Both the position numbers and the translations under genes were made by a program. Below, piece after piece: positions 1 through 11,177 of a stretch of DNA of 64,000 bases (its first letter is position 1; the number at the start of each line of letters is the position of its first letter). The notes under the pieces are model-generated. The model searched no databases and had not been told where the DNA came from. It was given only the letters and a program-made list of their open reading frames with translations. Origin of the DNA: Macrostomum hystrix (Eukaryota; Animalia; Platyhelminthes); the NCBI GenBank assembly GCA_950097015.1, contig CATNEN010000002.1, positions 6,138,001 through 6,202,000 on the forward strand. The letters are read 5' to 3'.

Positions 1-84
1 TACTGTAAGTAACTACACATGTGAAGAAAACTTTAATGTGACTAAGTCCAGTCCACGGACAGGAGGGACGCAACAACCAACCAA

Positions 85-212
85 AATCATCCCAGCTAAT
101 GCTGGTTCACATTTAACAACTGGCAGAACTGAAGCAATTAGAGTAGAAATAGTCTTGCTGAAAAGAATCGAACCCCGGACCTTCAAGTCGTGAGTCCGAC
201 GCTCAAACCTCC
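85..212 (-). mobile_element. tRNA-derived SINE (family B) remnant
   Basis: gaatcgaaccccggaccttcaagtcgtgagtccgacgctc is the reverse complement of a tRNA-like head with a B-box; near-identical to the copy at about 20610-20670. Confidence 0.65.
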
Positions 213-447
213 AAACACATGGACAATCGGACAACCTCTTGTCCGACGATAAGTAGGAATATGAAAAACTACCTCTAAATGGCTAGCATCTGCGGCAGGT
301 GTTAGAATTAGAAATAAGTAGAGGGAACGGAGACTAATTTCATAGTTAAAAGTAATTAAAAGGATGCTATGCAAATGGTACTCATATAGATAAGCTTTAG
401 TAACATATAGATTTATTTGCCTTGAACCTTCTTAAAACAGGGGGTTT

Positions 448-710
448 GCAGCCTGGTGTTTAAGGCGACGTGCTTAACATTTAAAGGTCGGGGGTTCGAT
501 TCCTGACTATACTGAAAAAATAGTCTGTTACTTTAGCGAGACTATTGACAATGAATTGGCTTAGTCTGGCCAGCTGGTAAATGGGTACCAGCATTAGCTG
601 GTTTATAAAGGGTGGACGGTTATAGAAATCATAGTGTGGTTTGTTTTGTGTCATGATGACCCGAGTCCATGGACTGAATAGTTTGTAGCCCTATGGCAGC
701 TTCCATAAAA
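448..710 (+). mobile_element. tRNA-derived SINE (family B)
   Basis: Head gcctggtgtttaaggcg...ggtcgggggttcgattcc (A/B boxes); body ccagctggtaaatgggtaccagcattagctgg and gtccatggactg shared with other copies. Confidence 0.65.
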
Positions 711-864
711 TCTAACATTGATTTGAATTCACTTTAAGTAGACCTTAACTGCATAACAGACGAAAGAAAATACACAAAAATTAGCATTGGAAACGTAGTA
801 TTTACAGCTGCACAATTGTCATATTTTATTTACTAATATTAACAGCTTTAATTGATAAACCAAT

Positions 865-1197
865 TTAGGACAAAACTGTCACAGACTGTACAATGGCTGT
901 GATTCTAGCATCGCGCACTGTTGAGCACAGTGTGAGACAGGTGACCAGCTTAGTAAGCAGCTGTTTGTGAACGATAACATTGAAGGTCAACTTGTCCAAA
1001 GTTGCACCAGGTGAAACTGATTCAACATTGAGTGGGAAAATTCCCAGCTCGCCAAAAAAATCTTTGCAGGCGAGCAAAATGAGAGATTTGAGGGCTGATC
1101 GACTGCGCAGACTAGGTGTGTAAGCAGGCTTGTCGCACTGCAGTTCAACAGTGCAGCTGTACTTCTGCTCAGTCAAGTTGCCATCAGTGTCTGACAT
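865..1197 (-). CDS. RPP14: RNase P/MRP subunit RPP14/POP8-like, 110 aa, single coding exon
   Basis: LILLACKDFFGELGIFPLNV and LLTKLVTCLTL resemble RPP14 LLISAVKDLFGEVDAALPLDI and GLVKLWSSLTL; a tttcag acceptor lies 2 nt before the ATG. Confidence 0.7.
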   Translation of the reverse strand: MSDTDGNLTEQKYSCTVELQCDKPAYTPSLRSRSALKSLILLACKDFFGELGIFPLNVESVSPGATLDKLTFNVIVHKQLLTKLVTCLTLCSTVRDARITAIVQSVTVLS

Positions 1198-1284
1198 TTC
1201 TGAAATTAATTCATCTTAGGTAGATGTATAAAGCAGTAGGGCATAATATATAAAAATAAATTGATGGCTTCTCTCTTTTTGATA

Positions 1285-1500
1285 ATTAATAATAATAATG
1301 ATGATGAGCACACAGGTACTCAGATACTGTACACAGGCATGCACTCAAACAAGTATATAAATCTGCCCTTTCTAATTGTCAGGCAGTGTACACTCTCACT
1401 GTGCCTAGGAGGTGGGCCCTCAATGGTGTAAATTGCACGACAAGCCCACAAGCTTTCTCTCCATGGCTGCAATCCAATTTAATGTGGCGTCACTGCTAAA
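1285..1500 (-). mobile_element. SINE family A, 3' part with (ATT)n tail
   Basis: Close match to 34705-34830 and to the reverse complement of 9540-9680 (tgtcaggcagtgtacac...gtaaattgcacgacaagccc). Confidence 0.65.
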
Positions 1501-2565
1501 TTGAGCTTAGGGACATTAGAGTGATAGGCAAATGCTTTACAACTCAGCCACTGACCCCCAATTTTCAAAAAATTTGTCTATAATTTTAAAGTTTTTAATC
1601 CCTTTTAAAAGTTAGTCAATTAGAGCTCAGCCGATTAAAATAAACAAATGCTCAAACAATATGTTAAGATAGGCCAACTAATATAAATCCAACTAAGAAC
1701 AAATTATAGGGTATAGCATAGTAAAGGCACATTAAAGGCACTAGATTATTTTAAGTGAGCTAAGCCTTTTGTCATTGTAATGTCTATCTTCTTATCTGTC
1801 CTCTTTACTCCCTCCTTTCTGTTGTCCATTTCTTTTTATTCTCTCTCCCTCTTCTTTTCACTTTGCTATGCTGTTATTTTGTTCCCTTTCTGCTTTCTTT
1901 CTCTTTCCTTTTTTTGTCTAGTCCCATGTGTTATTTTCTCATTTTTATTACTATTTTTTATTATTTTATATTATATTATTTTTTATTTAGCAAAATGTAT
2001 TATGTTCAATTAATTTTTTCTATAATAGCCTAGTGGCTCTTTAATTACAATTTTGTCAATATAGCTCCATTGATATGAAATATTGCTTGCTGAGTTTTAA
2101 AATGAATCTGAAACAATTGCTATTCTATATTAGGCCTAAGCTAAATATATATATTATACTTGTTTTTATATACATTACTATTGTAGAGCTCATTGTTAGT
2201 AAAAGCACAACCAGAAGCATTATGTTGCACTAGCTAGGCCTACGCCCTATGCTAACATAGAACCATTTTGTGCTATACTACAAAATTTCTGTATGTATTA
2301 AGGCCTCATGGGTGCTAAAAATAACTGCTTTGCATGCCACTAAACTTGTCCTACTATAGGAGACAACCTAAACAAATGTTGAAATGGTTGCGATTGGAAC
2401 TAATTAAACAAGCAACCAATTAAACCAAAAACATTCTGTATAATAAGGAAATAGGAATCATACCATTAAGTATGACCTCTATTTGGATAAGCTTTTAGTA
2501 AAAAAAACTTAAGTCTTTATCTCTGTGTAAAAAAATTGTTAGCCTGGCCATGGGCTATGGGTTAT

Positions 2566-3004
2566 GATCACTTGGGCAACAAATCACTTTGGCTACAGTC
2601 ATTTTGGCAATAAATCATTTTGGCGAATTGACTTTGGGAACAAGTTTTGATCACTTAGGTGACAAAATGATCACTTGTTGACCATTTAATTACCAGCATG
2701 AATCAGGTGAACGGTCAACACACTTGCTCCTAGAGTTTTAGCATCATCTGAAACTTTGTGCATGATCAACTATGAAAATAGGTTTAGGCCTAAGATATAA
2801 CTTTTAACATAGGAAATAAATTATAAAAAGCAAATATTTTATTGACAGTGTTTTATGATCGAGTCAGGTATAATTACGCCTATTACCTGTAATTAATTGT
2901 TGCCTAAGTGATCAAAACTTGTCACCAAAGTCAATTCACCGAAATGATTTGTCGCCAAAATGACTGTCACCGAAGGCCAAAGTGACTTGTCACCAAAGTG
3001 ATCG
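2566..3004. mobile_element. MITE-like element with about 105-bp imperfect terminal inverted repeats
   Basis: gatcacttgggcaacaaatcactttgg...gatcacttaggtgacaa (2566-2670) is the reverse complement of ttgttgcctaagtgatc...caccaaagtgatc (2897-3004). Confidence 0.7.
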
Positions 3005-3946
3005 GTAGGGGCCTACCCATGGGCTATGCCTAATCTGTTTAGTAATTCTAGGGCCTAGTGTACATAGCCTAATCATGTTGATGATAGCCTACGGTAAGGT
3101 AACCCTCTTACCCTGTAAAAAGTTTCAAAATCATGTTTTATACACAGATGAATTAGGCTCCTACTTATGGCTTATGCAGCAATGGCAAGTCCTAACTATT
3201 ACCTGTCCATGTCTACATATAAAAAGGCTGTAGGTCTAACTTGTAAGAATAAGATGAAGACTAAGAGTAAAAAGTAGGGGCCTAATTGTATTAACTATCT
3301 TCATTTCATAACAATGTATCATTTTGACTCAGTGGTTGATACCACTTGATATAGGCCTACTGGATATATATATATACATTACAAATACAAAAAACAACTT
3401 AATAGTTGACTTGACAATAGATGTAGCTACTCGCCTATAGACTAGTCATAACGATATCGTTATCGTTTCATTTCATCTATTAAATCGATCATAGCAGACT
3501 AAGCAATCAAGCTTAAGGCACGATTAGATCAACGCGCATTAGAGAAAAATGTACCTCATTTACCATTTTTAGTACCGCGCATTTTTAGTACCTCAAAAAA
3601 TAGATAATGTTAATGAACGTAACTTTTGAAATATAAGTGGATGAAAAAAATTCTCAAGCAGAAAAAACACTAAATAATAAAACTTTATTAGACTGAAGTT
3701 AGAAATTTCAAAGAAATATCAAAGATATACTTTTCAAAGAAATTCGTCCAACGGCAAGTAAATAATTTAAAAGTTTTTTTTTAATCTGGTTTCAATAATT
3801 TTATTGCTGTTAAAGACCTGCGAACTATTTAGGTTCGTTGGCTACTTATCCAAACGTCCTTTAGTTTAAATTACGGAAGACTTTTATTTTATCTAGCATA
3901 CATAGCATAGAAAAAGTCAAGAAAATTACTTCAAATCAACAAGAAA

Positions 3947-6900
3947 ATGACACTATTTCACTTTGTCAACTGTTTGGCTCTTGGGGCTGCGCCACACTTT
4001 ATTATTTACAAGTTTAGTGGCCTGTAAGTTTGATATATTTTTTAATTTTACATAATTTGTAAATGTAGGACATTTTTATCTATTTTTATCTATTAGCTAA
4101 GCTCATCTCAACTTCTGTGAAAAATTTAATGAAATCTTGGAGAGCTTGTCATAACATAGGCCTATTATTTTTTTTATTCTAAAAAACTACTATAAATCAT
4201 TTTGCCTCTTGCACCTCAATACCTGAGCTTTGCAATGCCATGGAGAGAGCTACAACCCATTTTGTCAAAGTAAACTTTGGCCTAATCTTATGTCTAAGAC
4301 TGGATTATGCTGGCAGCTGAGTGCTTGACAAAAAATGTTAAAAGCCTAGAGTGCACACAAAATAGTAAACATGCTTAGGCCCTTAAAGTTGACAGAAGTT
4401 TATTGTATATAGATATGCAAAATATTTCCCTTTATTACTATCAATGTCCTTTTATTGTAAAAAATTCAAACTAAAATACATTTGTGCTCTAAAGCATATA
4501 CAAAAAAATCTGGTGAATGGGCAATTAAACAATATTTTGTTTAATCAATATTAAAGTGAACAAATTTAATTAAACTTGAATGTTTAATCAAGTTTAATCA
4601 ATGTCAATATTTTCTCTTGGCAACAACCAAACTTGTTAGTGACTATTAGTTATTAGTGTAATGCAATGCATTACCAACCTTGAAGACAAAATTTCTGGGC
4701 ATAGAATACATGATTTGGACTATGTTTTTAAAAACAACATGACTAGGGACATGGTGGCCGTGCCTCTAACTCTATATCTAAGGACACAGCCGTGTCCCTA
4801 GCTACTTTGTGCCTAGCTACCATGCTACTCTGTGCCTAGAGCCATGGCAGCTGTGTCTTTAGCTGTGTGAACTTGTGGCACATCCGCCATGTCCCTAGCT
4901 CTGTGTATGGGGACACGGCGGCTGTGTTCCTAGTAATCTACCACTCACATGGTACACGGCGGTTGTCTCTGAACAATGGGCTTTAAATGCAACATGGTTC
5001 GATACATGTATGTAAGGTAGCTCGAACATCGCTGGTAGTGTCCATAAGGACGGTCAAATATTGTGTCAATCCAATATACTAAAACTCCTTTTAAATTATA
5101 CTACTATATTGCACAAGTATACTGTGTCGTGGAACGCGCAAACTTGTTCATTTTTTGTTTTCTTTATTATTGCTTTTTTTGATGCGTACATATCTTGAGC
5201 ATTTTTGTTTAAATTGACTGTTTGCTGGAATATAATTTAAGAATTAAACTTCTTACCTACCATGCCTAGAGACAAGTACCTTACAAAAATACATGTAGCG
5301 CCGTGCAATTACTTTATATACATGTATGTTAGCGCATCCAACATATAGACAAACTCAGATCCATGACACAGTATATACTTGTGAGTTTTAGTACTTCTTT
5401 TAGTATGATTGACACAATATTTGACCATCTTTACACTACCAGTGACGTTTGAGCTACCTACTTACATGTATCGAATCATGTTGCATTTAAAGCCCATTGT
5501 TCATAGACAACCGCCGTGCCCCCAGGCATGTTAGTGGTAGATTACTAGGAACATGGCCGCCGTGTCCCCATACACAGAGCTAGGGACACAGCGGCCGTGC
5601 TGCGAGTTCACGCAGCTAAGATACGGCCGCCATGGCTCTAGGCACAGAGTAGTGTGGTAGCTAGGGACACGGCGGCTGTGTCCTTAGACATAGAGTTAGA
5701 GGCACGGCCGCCATGTCCCTAGTCATGGCGTTTTAGAAATCAGCTTTGGGCTGTTGTGGTGTTAAAATGGTCACAAAATTTTGCTGCCCATTTTTTAAAT
5801 AAATTGAAAAAAGTTGAAATACTTACTTGTGGCTGAATTTACAATGGCAAAGTCAGCTAGAAAATCTAGGATTGATTTTCTGGATCCAAAATCTAGAAAT
5901 TGTTTAGAAGCATTCTTTTACAGAAGTTTTTTCTTATAAAGAATAAATTTTAAATAATATATCCTTTCAGAAAAAAATCCTGCCTAAAGAATAGTGACTG
6001 AGTGCAATGAGACCAATAAAAAGTCTTAAGGAGTAAACTGCTTATGCTGAGTGACATGCTACCACCAGGGTTAATAAATTATTGTAACTAGGCTTATCAA
6101 TCTGTTTTTCTCTCTATTTGTAGAGAGAATTCTTCTGGCCAATTCAACTCTTTCCTTTGCATAAGAATTCTTTATATATTTCCCTATACTTGGACTGGTG
6201 GGCCTGAAAAGGGCCGTATTTGCCTTTTAGTACTCCAATATTCTTATCTCTAAGAGCTTAACACTCTAATGGTAGCACTCATATATACAGCGCCTGTATT
6301 AGGCGTTGATTATTGGCTTATTTGCTTCACAGGTGGGATGGTTTTATTTGGTCATACTGCAAGGTATTTTTACTGCTAAAATATGTTCTAAAAGTGATAA
6401 TATTCTAAATATTTAAAGTATTATAATGTGCATAAAAATATGTTAAAAATTAAAAAATATAGAAAAATACGAATTAAGCCTTACCAAACCATTAAGTTAA
6501 GATGTGGAGCAGATTGTAGGTAAAACAAGGAAAACGGTCGTTTTCAAGGCCACCAAAAATACAATGTAAAATTACATGGGCAAGTTAAAGCAGTACTGAT
6601 AATAGTAAAGGTGCAGTTCCTGCGAAATAAAGAAGTCTATCAAAGAAAGAATATTCAAGTGATTTTCTCCACTATAAAAGTCAACTGAATTTAGATTTGA
6701 ATTTCCGCAGGCACGAGTACAGCGCGCTGTGGAAGTGCGGCCAGGTTGCTGGGGCCTATGTGCTCACCCAGCTGTGCAAAATGCTGCTCTTGGCTACATT
6801 CTTTCCTCAGTGGACTGGTGGCCTGGCCGATTTTCTGCGCTCAACCTGCGACCTGTTCGATTTGATTGGCCTGTTCCTTGTGTTCCAGCGGGTGTCTGGC

Positions 6901-8509
6901 AAGGGCAGCATCAAGATCCTGACGGTAGGAGCTGGCTGGGCGGCCGCCCACTTCCTGCTGACTAAAGTGCTGCCACTGTGGGTTGGCGCCAGCGGCCCCC
7001 AGTTTAGTTGGGCCTTTGTCAGGCTGAGCTATGAGTCCAACCTGGAGCTGGCCCAGCACCTGTGCCTAGCCCTGCTGCTGTGGCTGTACTGCAGATTCGA
7101 TCTGAGCAAAGCCCACCTGCCTGCTGTCACTGCCGGTATTCTGCTCATTAACTACCGGCCCTTCCTGTTCCAGTGAGATTCTAATAATTTATTTACCCGT
7201 GTCGCTCTGTTAATATTTGCGTGAGCAAAAAAAACAAAATTACTTTAGTTCGTCCAGTTATAAAAATCAGTCTCTTGTGATGGCTCCGTCTGTCCATGGA
7301 CTGGACAGTTGTACAGCTCATCGGATCTAATTGTTCCGCGGAAAGTTTTAAGTCAGCGAGAAAATAATTTTCTTCATTTCATTTCAGGCCAACTCCCAAG
7401 AGTCAACGAAAGTGTACACTGCCTGACGATGAGAAAGTCAAGGCAGATGTTCACACACATGTTTGATTTTGCGCTCAGGAGTCAGTGGAATAGACAGAAT
7501 TGCCTTCGCTGGCTGAGGCTGCTGTCACCAAACAGCACGAGGGTAGTGCGAGATGCCAGTGCCCACGGCCAGAATTATTATAACATACATTTAGTTAGTT
7601 AGGCACCAGAGTCGCCTGTTAGACACCAGAGTCGCCTGTTAGACACCAGAGTCACCTGTTCGACACCAGAGTCGCCTGTTAGACTCCAGAATCACCTGTC
7701 AGACACCAGAGTCACCTGTCAGACACCAGAGTCACCTGTTAGGCACCAGAGTCGCCTGTTAGGCACCAGAGTCAAATGTTAGACGCCAGAGTCGCCTGTT
7801 AGGCACCAGAGTCGCCTGTTAGACACCAGAGTCACCTGTTAGGCACCAGAGTCACCTGTTAGACACCAGAGTCACCTGTTCGAGACAAAAAATGATAATG
7901 AACTTGTGATTACACCTACCCCGATTGGGTCAGGTGTGCAGCCGACAGCACAGCCGCAGGTAAATGCGCGGCGCATTTCAAGGCTGCATACGGCTGTTCA
8001 GTCCATGGACTGGGGGGACGCCACATCCACCCTCAATTACCCCAGCTGTTGCTTGTACCCATTTAACAGCTGGCTGGGTGAACTGAAGCAATACAGAGTT
8101 AAGTGTCTTTCTAAAAGTCACAAAATTTTCCTGTTCGACTTTTCGGGAATCGAACTCCCGATCTTCATGTCAGGAGACCGAAGCCCTAACCACTAGGCTA
8201 CAACCCCTGCCTAGAGGTTAGACACTAAAGTCACCTGATAGACACCAGTTTCACCTGCAGTTAGTAGATGTAAAATAAATTATGAATCTACTATAGCTCA
8301 AACGCAAATCATTGCCTAATGAGATGCTTGCAATCGCTTTGTCGCTACACAGATCTCTTGGCCACCTAATGTCGGCTGGGTGGCAGCTGGCCGCTCACAC
8401 GGGTCTCACAGCTCTAGTCGGCCTGATGTCCCTGGCTGTTTATCAATTGTGGAGCGAGGAAATCACCGGAGCCCAGGCTAATGGCAAAACTGCTCATCAC
8501 CTGTACTGA
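3947..8509 (+). CDS. TMEM147: Transmembrane protein 147 (BOS/Nicalin-NOMO complex), 231 aa; exons 3947-4023, 6711-7172, 8353-8509
   Basis: MTLFHFVNCLALGAAPHFIIYKFSGL|HEYSALWKC...QLCKMLLLATFFP...LPLWVGA matches TMEM147; GT-AG introns with consistent phases, total 696 nt. Confidence 0.93.
4738..5727. mobile_element. Foldback/MITE with about 390-bp inverted arms in TMEM147 intron 1
   Basis: Left arm about 4738-5135 (catgactagggacatgg...) pairs with right arm about 5360-5727 (...ccatgtccctagtcatg); internal subrepeat gctagggacacggcgg. Confidence 0.8.
7598..7885. repeat. 20-bp minisatellite (agacaccagagtcacctgtt), about 14 copies, TMEM147 intron 2
   Basis: Direct tandem repeats visible; two more degenerate units at about 8215-8260. 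Confidence 0.9.
7906..8205 (-). mobile_element. SINE family B
   Basis: gggaatcgaactcccgatc...aaccactagg head (reverse); body acagccgcag...cggctgttcagtccatggactgg shared with 42320-42500. Confidence 0.7.
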
Positions 8510-8719
8510 TTGTCGCCTGTATTTTACCTTAATGTCTGGGAATACAAATTTTCTGGCTACATTTAATTTTCAGTGTCATTTTATGTGAATTGTTTAGAGT
8601 AGGTCATGCTCGACTAAATCAGATCGCGAAAAAAATAATGTTACATCTCATTACTTTTCGATCTTATTTGAATCACTTTTTAAATCACATTTTGTTCCGA
8701 AGTTTGATCCCACTTTCAC

Positions 8720-8822
8720 CCTGTTTTAGATCCCACTTTGATCCTGTGTTAGATCCCACTTTGATCGAATGGTAGATCCCACTTAGATCCCATGTTAGAT
8801 CCCACTTGGATCCCACTTCGAA
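8720..8822. repeat. Short degenerate tandem repeat (agatcccactt core)
   Basis: About 7 copies of the gatcccactt core. Confidence 0.75.
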
Positions 8823-9439
8823 CCTACGTGGGATTATGGTTTTCCATTTTTAGTTAAATATTTTTTGTTCTAATTACAAGCGGAATAAAATAAATATTGC
8901 TTACTTTTTCTTAAAGTTTGCTTTAATGTAAGTAGCTACTATAAGTAGTATATAAACTAATTCGCCTAGAAACCTTAAAATGGCTTTATTCTTTTTGTTC
9001 TGATATTGACGCTTAGTTGAATGAAACTAGTCGTTCTAAAATACAGTTTTTAGTTCCACTATTGTTACTATCTGCCAGGCTGGATGCAATCAATTTCAAT
9101 TGTCTGTTAGTCATCACTGTCTGTCCCCCGTGCGTCACTTACATCCGGTTTCGGGCCACCTCGTCTTGATATCCTAAAAAAGACGACCCGCTTTATCTAC
9201 CGTTGTCATTAATCATTATCCGATGTGTTTTTAGTGATTGACAAATAAATCAACAACTTATTGCTCTTGACACGACAGTTGTTGTTAAGTCACTGTGTCT
9301 GCATGATAACAATACCATAATGTGTTCACTATTTCATTTTTTATTTATCATTCGTAATTGTTAATGCGCTCACGTGATCTGTAGCGTTGACTTAAGTTTA
9401 AACTTTCTCTTAACAGTATGAAGACCACGATGAGGGGGG

Positions 9440-9810
9440 TCGGTGGCAGAGCGGTTATCGCGTTTGCCTCTCGCACCAAGGTCCCTAAGTTCGATTCCAC
9501 GGCGAGACGACATTCATTTGGGGCGCAGCCGCGGAGAGAAGGCTTGAGGGCTTGTCGTGCAATTTACGCCCTTGAGGGCTAACCTCCAAGGCACAGTGAC
9601 ATGTACTCTGCCTGACGATGAGAAAGTCAGGGCAGATGTACACACCTGTGTGAGCGTGTGCCTGCGTACAGTATCTGTGTGCGTGTGTGCTTTGGAGTCA
9701 GCGAAATGGGCAGAATTGCCTCCTCGCTGGCTGCGGGTCTAGTGTCACTAAGTGATGTGCCACTGCCCGCAGCCCTCCTGAATTATTATTATTATTATTA
9801 CTATTATGAA
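9440..9810 (+). mobile_element. tRNA-derived SINE family A, near full length
   Basis: A-box tggcagagcgg, B-box gttcgattcc, body shared with 1325-1450 and 34705-34830, (ATT)n tail at 9781-9808. Confidence 0.75.
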
Positions 9811-11177
9811 GACCACGATGATGTTAAAAATATCCACATTTTAAGGGCGGTCTTTCAACTGTTAAAGCTAATTGTTTAAATCGTATAAAACACTCGTTGA
9901 CTTTGTGATTCACCGAAAACGACAGACAGGCTGCCCATGTCGGTTATGCTTTCGAAAAGTAAGTAGATAAATCATTAATGAAGTGTGGTGTCTCCCTTTA
10001 TTTATTATACAGGTCCCTAAGCTTTAGACCGAATAAAACTGAAGACAATGCTCCTGAAATAAACACTCGAATAAACGGGATGATTTTTGGTCTTGCATGT
10101 GTCTCGTATTTATAGCCTATTTGAACCCCTATCAGCCTGCCAGCGCTCGCTATTGGCTGAAGCGCCGTGGAGCTTTCTCATTGGCTGAAAAGATTTTAGC
10201 TGGCGGAAAAACCGTGGGCGCGCATAAACTGCCATGGAAAAACCTTGCGAAAAACTGGCCATAGTTCTGCACACAGACACTTGAAGACTCCAGCTCACTA
10301 ATTGTTACTAACAGAGGCATATCTAGACCATACAGCTCCGATGGCTAAATAGTCTTGTAGTTGAACTAGATGCTAAGCCTAGAATATTTATCGACTACAG
10401 AAGCTATATTGATCAGGATTCAAAACTTTTTTGTCCCTCACGCACCTCTTGTTGATGTACATACAATACAGGGCGCAGACATCACCCAACTGGTGATTGC
10501 CAACAGAGCAACACCTTGACAACTAATTCGACAGGATTGGCTGTCTATTGAACGAAAGGCTTTTTGCGTTCCAAAATTTTTTTAAATGGCTTGAACAAAA
10601 AATCACTTCTAATATGCAATACACAAAATTATTTTTTTTATTCCAAATAAGCCCGAAGAAACGGCATTTCAATGAAAGAGGTCTAGGGCAGATAAGAATG
10701 AAAATCCTACGGAAAAATATATCTACATGCTTTGGAGTGTTGCCTGGCTGCAAAATCTGGCTCCAAAGCAATTGTGTGTATCGTATTGCTTGCTTATCAC
10801 AGCTGCTATGGATAAACTAATGCGTACAGTCTGCTTCAGGAATGAAACAAATGGTATCGCGCAGTCCGCAGAAAATGCACTTGCTTACTTTACCCTCATT
10901 TATTTCTCTCTCTGAGCTAATTTTGAATACATTTGCTGATAGCTTTAAGTTAAGAAATGTACATTGGTAATCGCGCTATTTTTTGTTCTATAGAACAGAG
11001 AATTGCTTTAGGTGAAATCGTATCAGGAAACCGTCGCTTTGCAGAAGAATTCAGTGTACAGTCTTCCATCGCGATCCGCTAAAAAGCACATTGTCATTCT
11101 GTCTCCACAAGTAAATTTTGAGTGTCGCTGCTGAACCCTGAAGACTAATTGTTGAAGGTCCGCAGTTTGCTGCTAAA

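Noticed and set aside
6333-6363. Possible 31-nt micro-exon (ttcacag|...caag|gtat) in TMEM147 intron 1
   Set aside because: It would shift the frame, and the protein aligns without it; a poison-exon role is untestable here
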